Notes under the pieces: generated by a model
What the model saw: the letters and a program-made list of their open reading frames with translations, nothing else
Database searches by the model: none
What the model was told of the DNA's origin: nothing
Assembly: GCF_018977255.1 (NCBI RefSeq)
Contig: NW_024704742.1
Coordinates: 78,804,001 to 78,868,000, forward strand
Direction: 5' to 3'
Origin: Callorhinchus milii
Taxonomy: Eukaryota
DNA length: 64,000 nt
Position numbers and translations under genes: made by a program
Shown: one piece after another, positions 26,001-38,000 of the stretch
How the letters are laid out: every line of letters starts with the position of its first letter
Position numbering within the stretch: the first letter of the stretch is position 1

Positions 26001-29000
26001 AGTGAAAAGGTTATTCACTGGGAAAAAAAACCTGTGAGTGACCATAAGAAACTTTAAAAAAGAAAGTTCAAAATAGGGATGAAAATTGCCGTTGTTCTGC
26101 TCGACATTCAGTTAAGTGCCTAAGAGAATATTTTCAGAATATTGGCATGCAATAAGTTGTTCGCTCAATTCCTGACAGAGATTTGTTTAAACAATAAGGG
26201 AAGGTTTCTAACAAATAAGGATTGTTCAGTTTGCTTAATCAAAATGTGGGAGAATGATAGGCAGTTCCATTTGCAGTATTTATGCACTAGCAGTCTCCAA
26301 AAGGTACCCTGTTCTAAGAGATAAGTATTGTGAATAATGCTCCTCGGTCTATATTGTGTCAGTAAATTTACAGGTACACTGTGATAGGAGCTAGAATTCG
26401 GGCTGAAACAATAAAAGCCATTGTACCAGAAGATGGTTTCAAACTTTTAGCCATCCTATTCTTTCTGTGTGCAAACTCAGCATACTTGCTTAGTAAAGTA
26501 ATATGGAAATAATTGTATGGTAATTTGTGTGTCAGTTTGGCTCGGTTGGTAATACTCTCACCTTTGAATCAGAAGGTTGTGAGTTCAAACCCAATTTTGA
26601 GACTTGGAACTCATATAATCCAGGATGAAACTCCAATGCTATCCTGAAGGTGTGCTGCATTGTTAGAGGTTCTGCCCTTTGGATGAGACACGGTGCATGA
26701 TAAAGATCCTGTGGCACTTTTTTGAAAAGAGAAGGCAGTTTCTCCTGGTGTACTGACCAACAGTTCCCCCCCAAATTGGTGATTCACTTCATGGATGTTT
26801 GTGGGACATTCCTTTATAGAACTTGGCTGCTGCATTCACCCACAAACCACACATTCACGTGATAACATATCCCATGAAAGGCTTTGGGATGTTGTCCTGA
26901 TGTGAAAGGCACTATATCAAATGTAAGAATTATATCTTATCATTTATTTATATCAAATATAATTAATAAGCATTTAATATATGTAAGCTTTTAGAGATCA
27001 GGTGGGCTAAGCCTAAAGCCTTTAGGCTAATATGGTAAAAGTTATATTTTTGGCTCAGGGGAGCATGGATTTCAGTCTGCTTAGTCAGATAAATGCCGAG
27101 AAAGAAAAATGTTCATAGAAATCAACTAGCCTTGATGCACAACCTAAAATTTACAGAATAAAATCACACATTTTTCAAGGCTATAAAATAGCAGTGCTTG
27201 GACCCTGAGTGGGTTCACCACTTACTTAAATAGGATACCACTTGGTAGTGCTTCTTAAGCATTTCTTAAATAGGTTAAGGAATGCTTTGAGGAATACCAC
27301 AAAATTTACCTTTTTGTTCTTTAACGACACCAAGAATTGTAACATTAAGGTGTGCTTCCTTTCTCTGCTCTTTTTCTTAAAATGTTTTGCTTGTGAGCCT
27401 TCAATATAGCAAATATGAACAGTCTGTTTCTTTCACTCTGTATTTACTATTGAGGATAGAATCCTGCCCTCTTAACAACAACAACAAAATTATATTTGCA
27501 TAGAAACTTTCACTTCGGTAAGACATCCCAGGGTGCTGAACAGACAGAGTTAAGGACCCGAGCTGAGGGTCAGGGTGGGAGGTGGGGGGAAGGCATCGGG
27601 GGGAAGCGGGGAGATCGAAAGCACGGTCGAAGAGGAGGGTCTTGAGGTGGGTCTTGAAGGTGGCAAGGGAGGGGGCGAGACAGAGGGACTACGGGATGGA
27701 GTTCCAGAGTGTGGGTGCAGAGTGGTGGAAGGCCCTCCCGTCAATAGTGGGACGATCAAGGCAGGGGACGTGAAGCAGGCCGGAGCCCGCTGAGCAGAGG
27801 GAGCGAACAGGGTGGAAGAGGGTTGAAGGTTGGAGAGGTAGGGGGAAGCAAGACCGTGGAGGGCTTTGAAGGTGAGGACCAGGATCTTGAACTGTATCCT
27901 CTGTGTGATGGGAAGCCAGTGGAGTTGGGCAAGGATAGGGGTGATAGGGTCACGGAGTCTAGTGCGGGAGAGGACACAGGCTACAGAGTTCTGGATGATC
28001 TGCAGCCTGTGGAGGGAGGACTTGGGGAGGCCGACAAGCAGTGAGTTTGCATAGTTGAGCCTCGATGTAATGAAGACGTGTATGAGGGTTTCGGTGGCCT
28101 GCGATGTGAGACAGTGTAGGAGCCGGGCGACGTTGCAGAGGTGGGGGAAGGCAGAATGGGTCATGGCACGGATGTGGGGTAGGAAGGATAGTTGAGGGTC
28201 AAACAAGACGCCAAGGTTCTTGACTGGCTTAGTGAGGTGGAGTGTGCAACCATGGATGGTGATGCTGTCAGTGCCTGAGGTGAGGAGGTGCTGACAGAGC
28301 CAATCAGGAGAGCGTCGGTCTTGTTGACGTTCAACTGGAGAAAGTTAGCTCTCATCGAGGACATGATGTCTGACAAAGGGTAACAGGTTACCCTCAACAA
28401 TGTTTGGGGCAGGTTTATGTTTTTAACCTCCTCTCTTAATGAGTGTGTCATAGACCAGAAAACAATCAACAAGGTTAATACTGTTTGTTTGGTAGAATAG
28501 TATTGCATCTATCAATTTATTTCCAGTCAGTCAGACATCTGACACACAACTGCTTACAAATCTCCTATTCCATAACTGAGAAAAGAAGCACTCGTTTGTC
28601 AGGTCTAGATTGTGTAATCTCCTCCGTGGATCTGGAGAAAGGGAAGTTAGAAACACATACACGTACACACGCCCTGCTTGCGTACACCAGGAACAGGGTA
28701 GTAGAAAGCAATCCCTCTTCCCATACAACTCAACAAGCATAATAATGATTCTTGCATTTCATATAGTGCCTTATCAGTTCTTCGAGATGTCTCAAAGTGC
28801 TTCATAGAATAGACTGCAAAGTGAATTGACTGTATATTTTGTGGGTGAAATGCAGCAGCCAATTGCTCACAGCAGTGTCCCACAAACAGTCGTGGATTGA
28901 GTGACCAAATTATTAATTGTTTATTTGTTTTTTGTTTGTTTGTTTATTTATTTATAGGAAGATAAATTAACTATTTATTTATTTGTTACAAATTTATTTG

Positions 29001-32000
29001 AATCTGTGATTAAATAACTCAATTGGAATTTCTGATGCAACAGAAAGTACAATGATCACTTGTCAATAAAGAAGAAAACATGTTTCTCTAGGACTTAAAT
29101 CTGTAAAGATTTCCAGGAGGATTTCAATCTGTGCACCAAGGAATCTCACAGAACTGTTCCCCAAAATGAGAAGGGTCCTATCAATAGCAATGTGGTTTAT
29201 AACCTCCATTTTGTGGAGGGGGATTTACCTTTAGAGTGAATGATGGTGCCTCTCCTAATAACAAACCTGCTGGGGAATAAAGAAGTGTATTTCCCCCTGG
29301 GCTACAAGGAAATTAAGCATATCCTCCTACGGTATGAATCAGAAATCACATCCAGACTAATCACCATAACAGAAGAGGACTGTGTGCAAAGCATCAGTCA
29401 TACCTTCCATTGCTGCTATGACAAGCACATATTTGTGCTAATTATATAAATATATAATACAAAAAAAACTCTCTTTTGCTGCTGCAGCTCTGGCCACAGG
29501 CAAAAACTGGTTTTCAGCAAACTATTACAATGATACTGAAACTAATCTCAGGGACAACAAAAATGCAGAACTGCCTGTGCACTCATTTCAACCCTCCATG
29601 AATGTGATGTCAGGACTTTTTAAAAAAAGGAACAGGAACACAGGAAAATGATGTGTTCAAATTGGATTCCTTTTCCATTTACCATCTTCAAAAACCTCAT
29701 CTTTTTCACTATTCCTTTAATCAATTTGTTTAAAAATAGAAAAAAAATCAGTCTGTCAACCCATGCTTTTCTCTATCTGTGAATTAACCACCTGACTGTC
29801 TGTGAAGAGACACTGTTGTGCACAATTGGTTGCCATGTTTTGCCCATAAAATACATAGTCAATCCACTTTACATTATATTCTGTGAAGCAATTTGAGACT
29901 TCTAAACAACATGATAAAGCGTATATCAAAATGCAAGGATTATTATCATTGCTATTATCAATACCCTCAAATCCACCTTTGTTTCCTACTTGCTCAGTAA
30001 GCCCTGTTGCTTTGTAAACACAACATTCATCTCATGTGGAAGGTATTATATCTAAGATAGTCACAAGAATATATTATTATTATGGATTATTATTTTGATT
30101 AATAATAAGATCAAAAGGGAAGTTTAAGAGAATTTTCTTTTGGGACAAAGAATGTACTGCCAGAGATTTGAATGGAGATGGGAATATGTTAGGCGGTGAT
30201 ACTGAATGAACAGCTTGCTCTGAGAGCCGGTGCAGAATCAATAGGCAGAATGATGTCCTCTGCATTGTTAAATTATATGATTGTATGATACAAGTGCAAA
30301 TTGCTATTCAAGATTAGTTTGGGTTCAATCAACTCAAGTCAAGGCAGTTTGGGTTCAGTGTAAATTTGAGAATCAGGAACCCTAGCTAGCCTAAGGAGGG
30401 CGCACAGGTCAATTGTAGCTCTCCTGTTCGATACCCCAACTGAGATCTGCAACCTCACTATAGCCTGGACATTAAATCTAACATTTGGTTCAACTGCTCT
30501 TGGTAAATGTGCAGAGCTGTTGAATGAGCTGAGTCATTCATTGTTTATCAAGTACTTCACTGGTAATATCAATAGATTGATTTTCATACAAAGATTTCAT
30601 CAAAGGAGAGTTTAATTTATAGATTATTTATTGGTTAAATTATTTCTGAGTAAGTAAAAGTGAATTATCATTCAGTAAACCTATAGTGATTACATTACAA
30701 TATGTGATTTTATCATTCCTGATGCTGAATCAGACACTGGGGAGAAATGCCTCCTGGCCAAGATTTGCTCTGTTAACGAACACTCAGAGAATTCACAACT
30801 TGTTAAATTCTTAAACAGAGTTTTCAGTTTTGAAGCTGTTTTTCTGTACATTTCTTGTAAGAACTACACAAAATGGGCTTCAAAGTTAAAACTGAATTCA
30901 CCACCTCCCATATCCTGTACATTTTGAAAAGCAAAAACAAATTTATTTGTACAGTCTAAGGTTTGCACCTGAGCTGGGAGCCATAAACAACAACAACTTG
31001 CATTTATATATCGCCCTTCATGCAGGGCAGCATCCCCGAGGGCCAACAGGCTGAGGACCATTGCTACGTTAATAGAGTAAATCTATATCCAGATGGAATT
31101 GTACCTCACACATGCAGTAGCTGTCTATTTTAATACTCGCTGCTGGCTAGGAGAAGGACCTCAAACCTTCCCGATGCATTCCAGTTGTGTTCCAGATAAA
31201 GAGTTCAAACTCAGGATTGTCACTGCAAGAATGAAGGAATAGGTTGGGAACAATCTTTCCACATGGAGAATTATTAGAAAATGGCACACTTCGCCACAAC
31301 AAGCTTGTGAGGTGGAAAGCATACATCATTTAAAAGGTAATTTTTAATGAATATTTGATGAGCAACGATACAAAAAGAAAAGTAAAGCATGGTTTGGGAA
31401 AAGAGCCAGGCATTGAGAATAGAGTTGTTAGCTCCAGGGGAGTAGGTAGAAACAGCACAGGCTGGATGAGCTAAATTACCTACTTCTAAATTTATGTTTA
31501 TGCAGCAACTTTCATGCCAGGAAGATGTTCCAAAATGCTTGGCACAGCTGGCTGGACAATGGACCTGGGGATGGGAGGTGAGAGGGCAGTGGGAATGGAA
31601 AAAATGACCAAAGGTGTGCCCAAAAAGGTCAGATAGGGTAGGGACATGAACCAGACCGGTGCTCACTGAGCAAAGGGAATGACTGGGTCAGGAGGTTTGA
31701 AAGAGATGATGCAATTTTTATTAACCTAAGAAAATGAGATAGTATTCAATCACAAGCCCATTCCTTGTACTAGCCACACACAATGTGTCCAATTCCCACC
31801 CTGAACAGTGGCAATAGGAATGTGGAGAACTGTCAGTGAAGGGCAATAAACTGGGCTGGGAGGAAATGTAGGGAAAGTCAAGGCAGCAACATTGTGTCTG
31901 GTAGAGTGATGTGTTTGTCTGGAGAGGTGGCTGTCTGATAGAGAACTGGTGCCATATCACTAAGGATGCTGCAGAGTTACTGGCTGGAAAAGAAACAAAG

Positions 32001-35000
32001 AACTCAATTATTCCAGTGGTGGAAATGGTGTTGTGTGAAATGTTCAGCCAGGCAAACTTAGTTATTTAAGGCTTTTCAGTGACCTCACTCTGTCTCATGC
32101 ACTGAGGGGAAACAGATGGTTTTGTCATGGTTTTGACAACGGGGGAAAAACTTCTTAGATATAGAGTGCAGCCAACCTTGTGTCACGTGCTTGTACTCTT
32201 GTAGAACAATGAAAGGTATCAGGCTTCAACTGTTTGCTATCAATGTGCAAAACAGTAGCTTGGGTTCATGAATCTGAGTAAGTCCTGCTCTGCTGCTGTC
32301 GGCAGAGTTGAGTTACTTCAACGCATTGTTTTACCTGTTGATTTGCTTTCATGAACTCTTTTACTCTCAAATCAGACAGAAACAGTTAAAGACACAAGAT
32401 TATGAAAGAGGCTCGGATAAGAGGCCCTTTGGCATATTTGATCAACTTGACACAAAACCCTGCAGAAATGTTTTATTTCAAAGCCTCAACGGATCAACAA
32501 AACAGCTTCCAACCAATGTTTTCAATGCAGAAGATAAGACATCTTGTTCCCAACAGGGACAAAAACCTGGAAGCACATGACTGATATACAGTTATAGCAC
32601 AGATGACCTCTCTTTACACCCGATTCCTAGTTGTGAGATTGGCAGGAGTTGAAGCAATATTTTCCATTACTTGGAAGAATCCAAAATTTTAAAGAGCTCC
32701 TGTGGCCATGAATATGCACTCCATGTGTCCTCATGATGCAGTTGGAGATTGAAGAGGAGGTGAACCCTTAATAGCATCTGAACCCATCAGACATTCAAAT
32801 TATTACTTGATAATTGGCTGCTGTGCTCAGTATTCAAGAAACAGCTTAAACAAACAGGCTCTTTATAACATCAACAACAACAAAATTACATTTATAGAGC
32901 ACCTTTCACGTTCGGAAGGACGTCCCAAAGCGTTGAATGGTCAGGGGCCCGAGCATGGGGGAGAGGTGGTGTAGAGGTGAGGGAAGGCAGAGATGTGGGA
33001 GGGCGACCAAAGGCACAATCGAAGAGAAGGGTCTTGAGACTGACCTTGAAGGAGGCAAGGAAGGAAGTGAGGTGAAGGGACCGTGGGATGGAGTTCCAGA
33101 GTGTGGGGGCAGAGAGGCTGAAAGCCCGGCCACCGATGTAGGGCGGGTCGGGCGGGAGACATGGAGCAGTCCGGAGCCCGCTGAACGAATGGAGTGGGCA
33201 GGTTGGTAGGGAGTCAGCAGGTCAAAGAGGTAGGAGGGGGCAAGGCCATGGATGGCCTTAAAGGTGAGGATGAGGAGAACATAGCTATGAGAACATAGCT
33301 TATACATGCAGAATACCACTGCCCCCTCAATGGTTGAAGAATGATATATTAGATAATCTTCAATTGTCTCTCTAATGAAATTGTAACAATAGAGCTAATT
33401 CGCGTACACTATTGCTAACTAATGGAATCCAGTTTCTGTACAAACAAGTCATTAATGCATCAGCGTTCTTGTCTCTTGCACTTCGGCTATCTAGTTCTGC
33501 TCTTTAATACTGATGACTGACCCACCACCCACCTTTGAGTAATTTGTTCAAAATGCAAAATACTGCAGATGATGGAAATCTGAAACAAAAACAGAAGTCT
33601 CTGAGAACACTCAGCAGGTCAGGCAGCATCTATGGAGAAAGGAAAGTGCGTCAACTTTTTGGGTCCCCAACCCTTTGTCAGTTCAGTTCTAACAAAACGT
33701 TGTGGACCCGAAACACTGACTCACGTTCCTTTCTCCGTAGATGTTGCCTGACCTGCTGAGTGTTCCCAGAGATTTCTGTTTGTTTGAGTAATTTATGATG
33801 GAATGTGTGATCGTTGTCAAGGAAACTCTGCATTTTTATGTGAAGACTATTACGTTAATAATCCTTATATTTGATATGGCGCCTTAGCACATCATCGAAA
33901 AGTATTGAAAAACATTGCACAGAATATGTAGCATACTTGCAGGCATATGCAACAGCCAACTTACATCCAATAATGTCCCACAAACAGCCATGATGTGAAT
34001 GACCAATTTAATTTGGCTGATTATTTTCCAGGATACCAGGAGAAATCTGGTTCTCTTTTTAAATAGGCACCTTCAACAATGGAGTGCCTCTGCATACTGT
34101 CAGCCTGGATAACGTGAGTTCAAAGTCCTTCCTCTTCTATATGCTCCCTCTTGGTGATGTCATCTGGAGACACGGGTTAAATTTTCTCATGTAAATTTCT
34201 ATTTCTGCTCCTCGAGCTGTGTCTCCAGGTCCTCTGATGTTCTGTCAGCTTGTTTGGAAGACGTTAGGTCCTGGAAGCACGTGAACCTCCTGCAGATGAA
34301 TTTTGACAAGATGGAAGCCATACTCTGGCTCCCATCAATGTTTTCTCTCTTGCGGCTCTGACCTCCTGAAGCCTATCCCTCAGACTCACCGAACCATTGT
34401 GTAACCTAGACGTCAGGTTCGACCTTCAGTTGTCCATCCTACACCACATCCGATCCCTGACCAGGACTGCTTTCCTCCACTTTCCTCATTGCCTGCCTCT
34501 AACCGTACCTTACTCCAAATACAGCTGAAGCCCTCGTCCATGTGTTCGTCTTCTCCTGCCTCGACTACTCAAATGCCCTCCTCACTGGTCTCCCCAGCTC
34601 CATTATCCACAAAATCCAGTTAATCCAAAACTCTCCTACATGCGTCAAGCTCTGCCACTGTCAAGCTCTCTGAGACATGGCACTGGGTGAGGGGTGCTGT
34701 ATAAATGGAAGTTGTTGTTAATTCATTGGCCTTGAGAGAGTGCAGATTTCAGCACCCAGCCCCTCCTTCCCCCTCTCCACACACACCCCATCCCCAAAAT
34801 AAGCAAGAGCCTGAGGTAGGAAAAAAGAGGTAGCATGAGGACCTGAATAGAACAAATAATAAAATAATAATTCTTGTATTTGACAAAGCACCTTACTGTA
34901 TCCTCTAGGTGTCTCAAAGCGCTTCTCAAGAAAGTGTAGTGACTGTGTATTTTATAGGCATTTACGGCAGCCAATTTGCACACAGCCAAGAAATGAATGG

Positions 35001-38000
35001 CCAATTTTTGTCAGAGGGTTTGCTGGCCAGGTCACTGGGAGAAACTCCTTTCTCTTACCTGCAGGTGTGTTGCTGCCACTCGCTAGTTTACATTGCCATT
35101 ACTTTATGTTGGGGTAAACTAAACAAAGTTGCAAATTTAAGCTCAAATTTCCCAGTCACCTAGGCTGAGATAAAATATTACTAAGAAAGATTTCAAACTT
35201 CTCAGCTGTGAAACGCTTGGAGCTTATCCCCTTCCCCCATCCGTGGAAACAATTCATTCTGGGGCTCAGCAGGAAGGGATACTCTTGACATAGGTTCTGA
35301 GATCCATCAGCGAGAAACTCTGCGGGAAATCGTGCTGATTGGCAGTCTCTCCTTTTGTGGATGCCAACCGGGAAGGGATTCTGAGCTGGAATGTTTCAGC
35401 AGGAACTAAACATAGGGAGGCATTGACATGGATTGTTTAATATGCTCAGCACACTCTGTAGAACATCTTCATTCAAATAGCTGCTATTTGAAGTCGTAAA
35501 GCAAGCTGTTGTTTCAGCTAGCTTTCTTCCCCGGCTCTCTATCTATTCCCTCCTGTCTGTGTGGCTGTATTTACTTTCTATTCCCTTTCTGTTTGATCGA
35601 ATATTTGAGTCAAGTCAGTTTTCATGTTATCTTTTTTGTGCGGGGATGAGGGGTAGAAGGTAATGTAAGAAAAAAAGTATGAAAGTAATAAGATCATGTT
35701 TTTCTTTGCCCCCAAGCAAAAATCTCAGAGCAAAACTATTATTACTGGCACTCAACCACCACAGGCCAAAAACTCAAATAGGTGATTCAGGCCATGACAT
35801 TGAGGTCAGTGAGGAGTGTTCATCTCTGGTCCATTAGTATTGATCTGAACAGACACAATGAATTTATAAATTTAACAAGAAAATTAGACCCAGTGTCATG
35901 AAACATCCGAATGAATTCCAAGTACTTACAACGACAACAACTTGGATTTATATAGCGCCCTCCACACCGGACAGCGTCTCAGAGCGTTTTAAAGCACTCG
36001 GAGCACTTAGTCGACTGAAGTCACTTCCATTCATCCCAGAGTTCCTCTGACTCCCTCCCTCCCTCACCTCGTTTAAGATCCGCTTTGAACTTGCCTTCGG
36101 TCATCTTTCCCCTCTCACCTCCCTCGGCTCCCAACCCCAGCTTGGGTTCCAGGGAAGTATTAAACACCTTGGGGAGTCCTTCAGACAATTAAAGGTGCTA
36201 TATAAATGTTAATTTGTATGGCATTTTATTTATATGCTCTGCAATGGCAGTGAGTACTGCCTCTGCACGACGCCATGGTGGAGACATGGCCCTGGAGGAT
36301 CGGAGTTTACCTGGCCAACAACACGGATGCCATGTCACACCTCCTGACCTTCCACCAACCACTTACTGAGCGCATCTTCTCTTTCTTCAGCATTTGCTTC
36401 GGTGACAGTAGCACTAACGCTGAGACCTGTGACCCCCGCACCTAACCCTAAACCTGGGTCATGATCCCATCTGTGCCCCCAGCCCCTATTCCTGCCCCCA
36501 ATCCCACCCTTAACCCCACAAACCCCACCCCTAATGCCCCCTAACCTCGCCCTGGACCATGATCCTCACCCCCACTATTAAATCCTTGCTCTCTCTACCT
36601 GTGACCTTTTAAAATCCTACCCACTCCCTCCCCTTGGTAGGCACTGGCCTGCTTCACGTCCCTTGCCCTATCCATTCCACCATCAGCAGTCAGACCTTCA
36701 GCTTTTCTGTCTTCCTTCTTCACCTCAGTTTCTCTTGTCTCTTTCAAGGTTCATCTCAAGAACTTCCTCTTTGACCACCCGTTTAGTTACATTTCCCCAC
36801 CCCATTGGCCCCCACTCCTCTGAATCTAAATCCCCATCTTAGATGTTGTGGATTCCTGTAGCTCAGTGTTTACAGCACTCGCTTCACAAGCGAGAGACCT
36901 GGGTTCAATTCCTGGCAGGGCGAAACCTTGGGCAAGTTTCCTCACTCCACATGCCTGATAATAATCCCTCAAGAAAAAATACTAATAAAATTGATCACTT
37001 CAATTCATGACTGTTTGTGGGACGCTGCTGTGCGCAATTGGCTTCCGCGTTTTGCCCACAAATATACAGTCAATTCACTTTACAGTATATTCTGTGAAGC
37101 GCTTTGAGACGTCTAGAAGACGTGAAAAAGCACTATATCAAATGCAAGGATTATTATTATAGATACAAACTTTGAACTGTTGAACACGTTACGACATCCT
37201 CCCAACTTGAAACGCTCAATATAAATGCAATTTGTTGTTGTGTGGGCTGATTTTGTTTACATTGGGTTGATTATTTTACCAGTAAATGTTTCATATCAGA
37301 TGCAGAAGACCATTACCACCCCACCCCGCCCCCATATAGTTGAAGAATGATAATTTTAGGTCATCTTCCTCATTTATAAGCACCAAATAATATGCAAATA
37401 TTTTAAGCAAAATGTACAATTTATTTGACAATTTTTTGTTGGGGGAGGACAGGTACCTTTTAAACAACTGGCTAGCTTGCAGAACTGGTTACTACATTCT
37501 TCAAACTGTGTGGCTATTATAAACGTCTTAAAATCATTTATTGCGTGCTTTGCATTTTTATGTATCTTTAGAGACTTAAATTACAGGTTATTTATTTGAA
37601 CAGGGATCTCACTTTTTGCATTCTGTCATATTACACAGAAACATATACAATTTCTGGGCAGGAGGGAGGCAATTTGGCACATTTTATCGCTCCTGTTTTT
37701 TTTAATTGCCCTTTTTTAATTAAGCTCCCTATTTCTTTTCTATTTATCCCACACCCCTTAATGATTCCATCACTCGGGACTTGAATGGCCCTAAATGAAA
37801 CACTGTGCTCACTGATTGGGTAATGCAGTAAAACAATCCACTGGGTGTTCACCACTGGGTTTGAATCCTGATGGGTCAGATGGGATGAAAGTCTGCTTCA
37901 TCTGTTCCCCACAAGAGTTCATTATGAAACATGGGTTTGAGTAATCTCTTCCCAGCGAACAGTAGCAAATTGCTCATAGAGAGATGCTGCTTCTCTCTCT

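Noticed and set aside
27243..27299. Imperfect hairpin of about 20 bp (duplicate at about 63541-63597)
   Set aside because: AT-rich, with several mismatches; most likely the centre of a decayed palindromic MITE.
35200..35540. Promoter-like words (CTGATTGG, GCGGGAAA, CAGGAAG) in unique intronic DNA
   Set aside because: No CpG island or linked exon was found, and the motifs are short enough to be chance.
36440..36550. Interstitial telomere-like CCCTAA words
   Set aside because: Only a few scattered degenerate units in C-rich low-complexity sequence.
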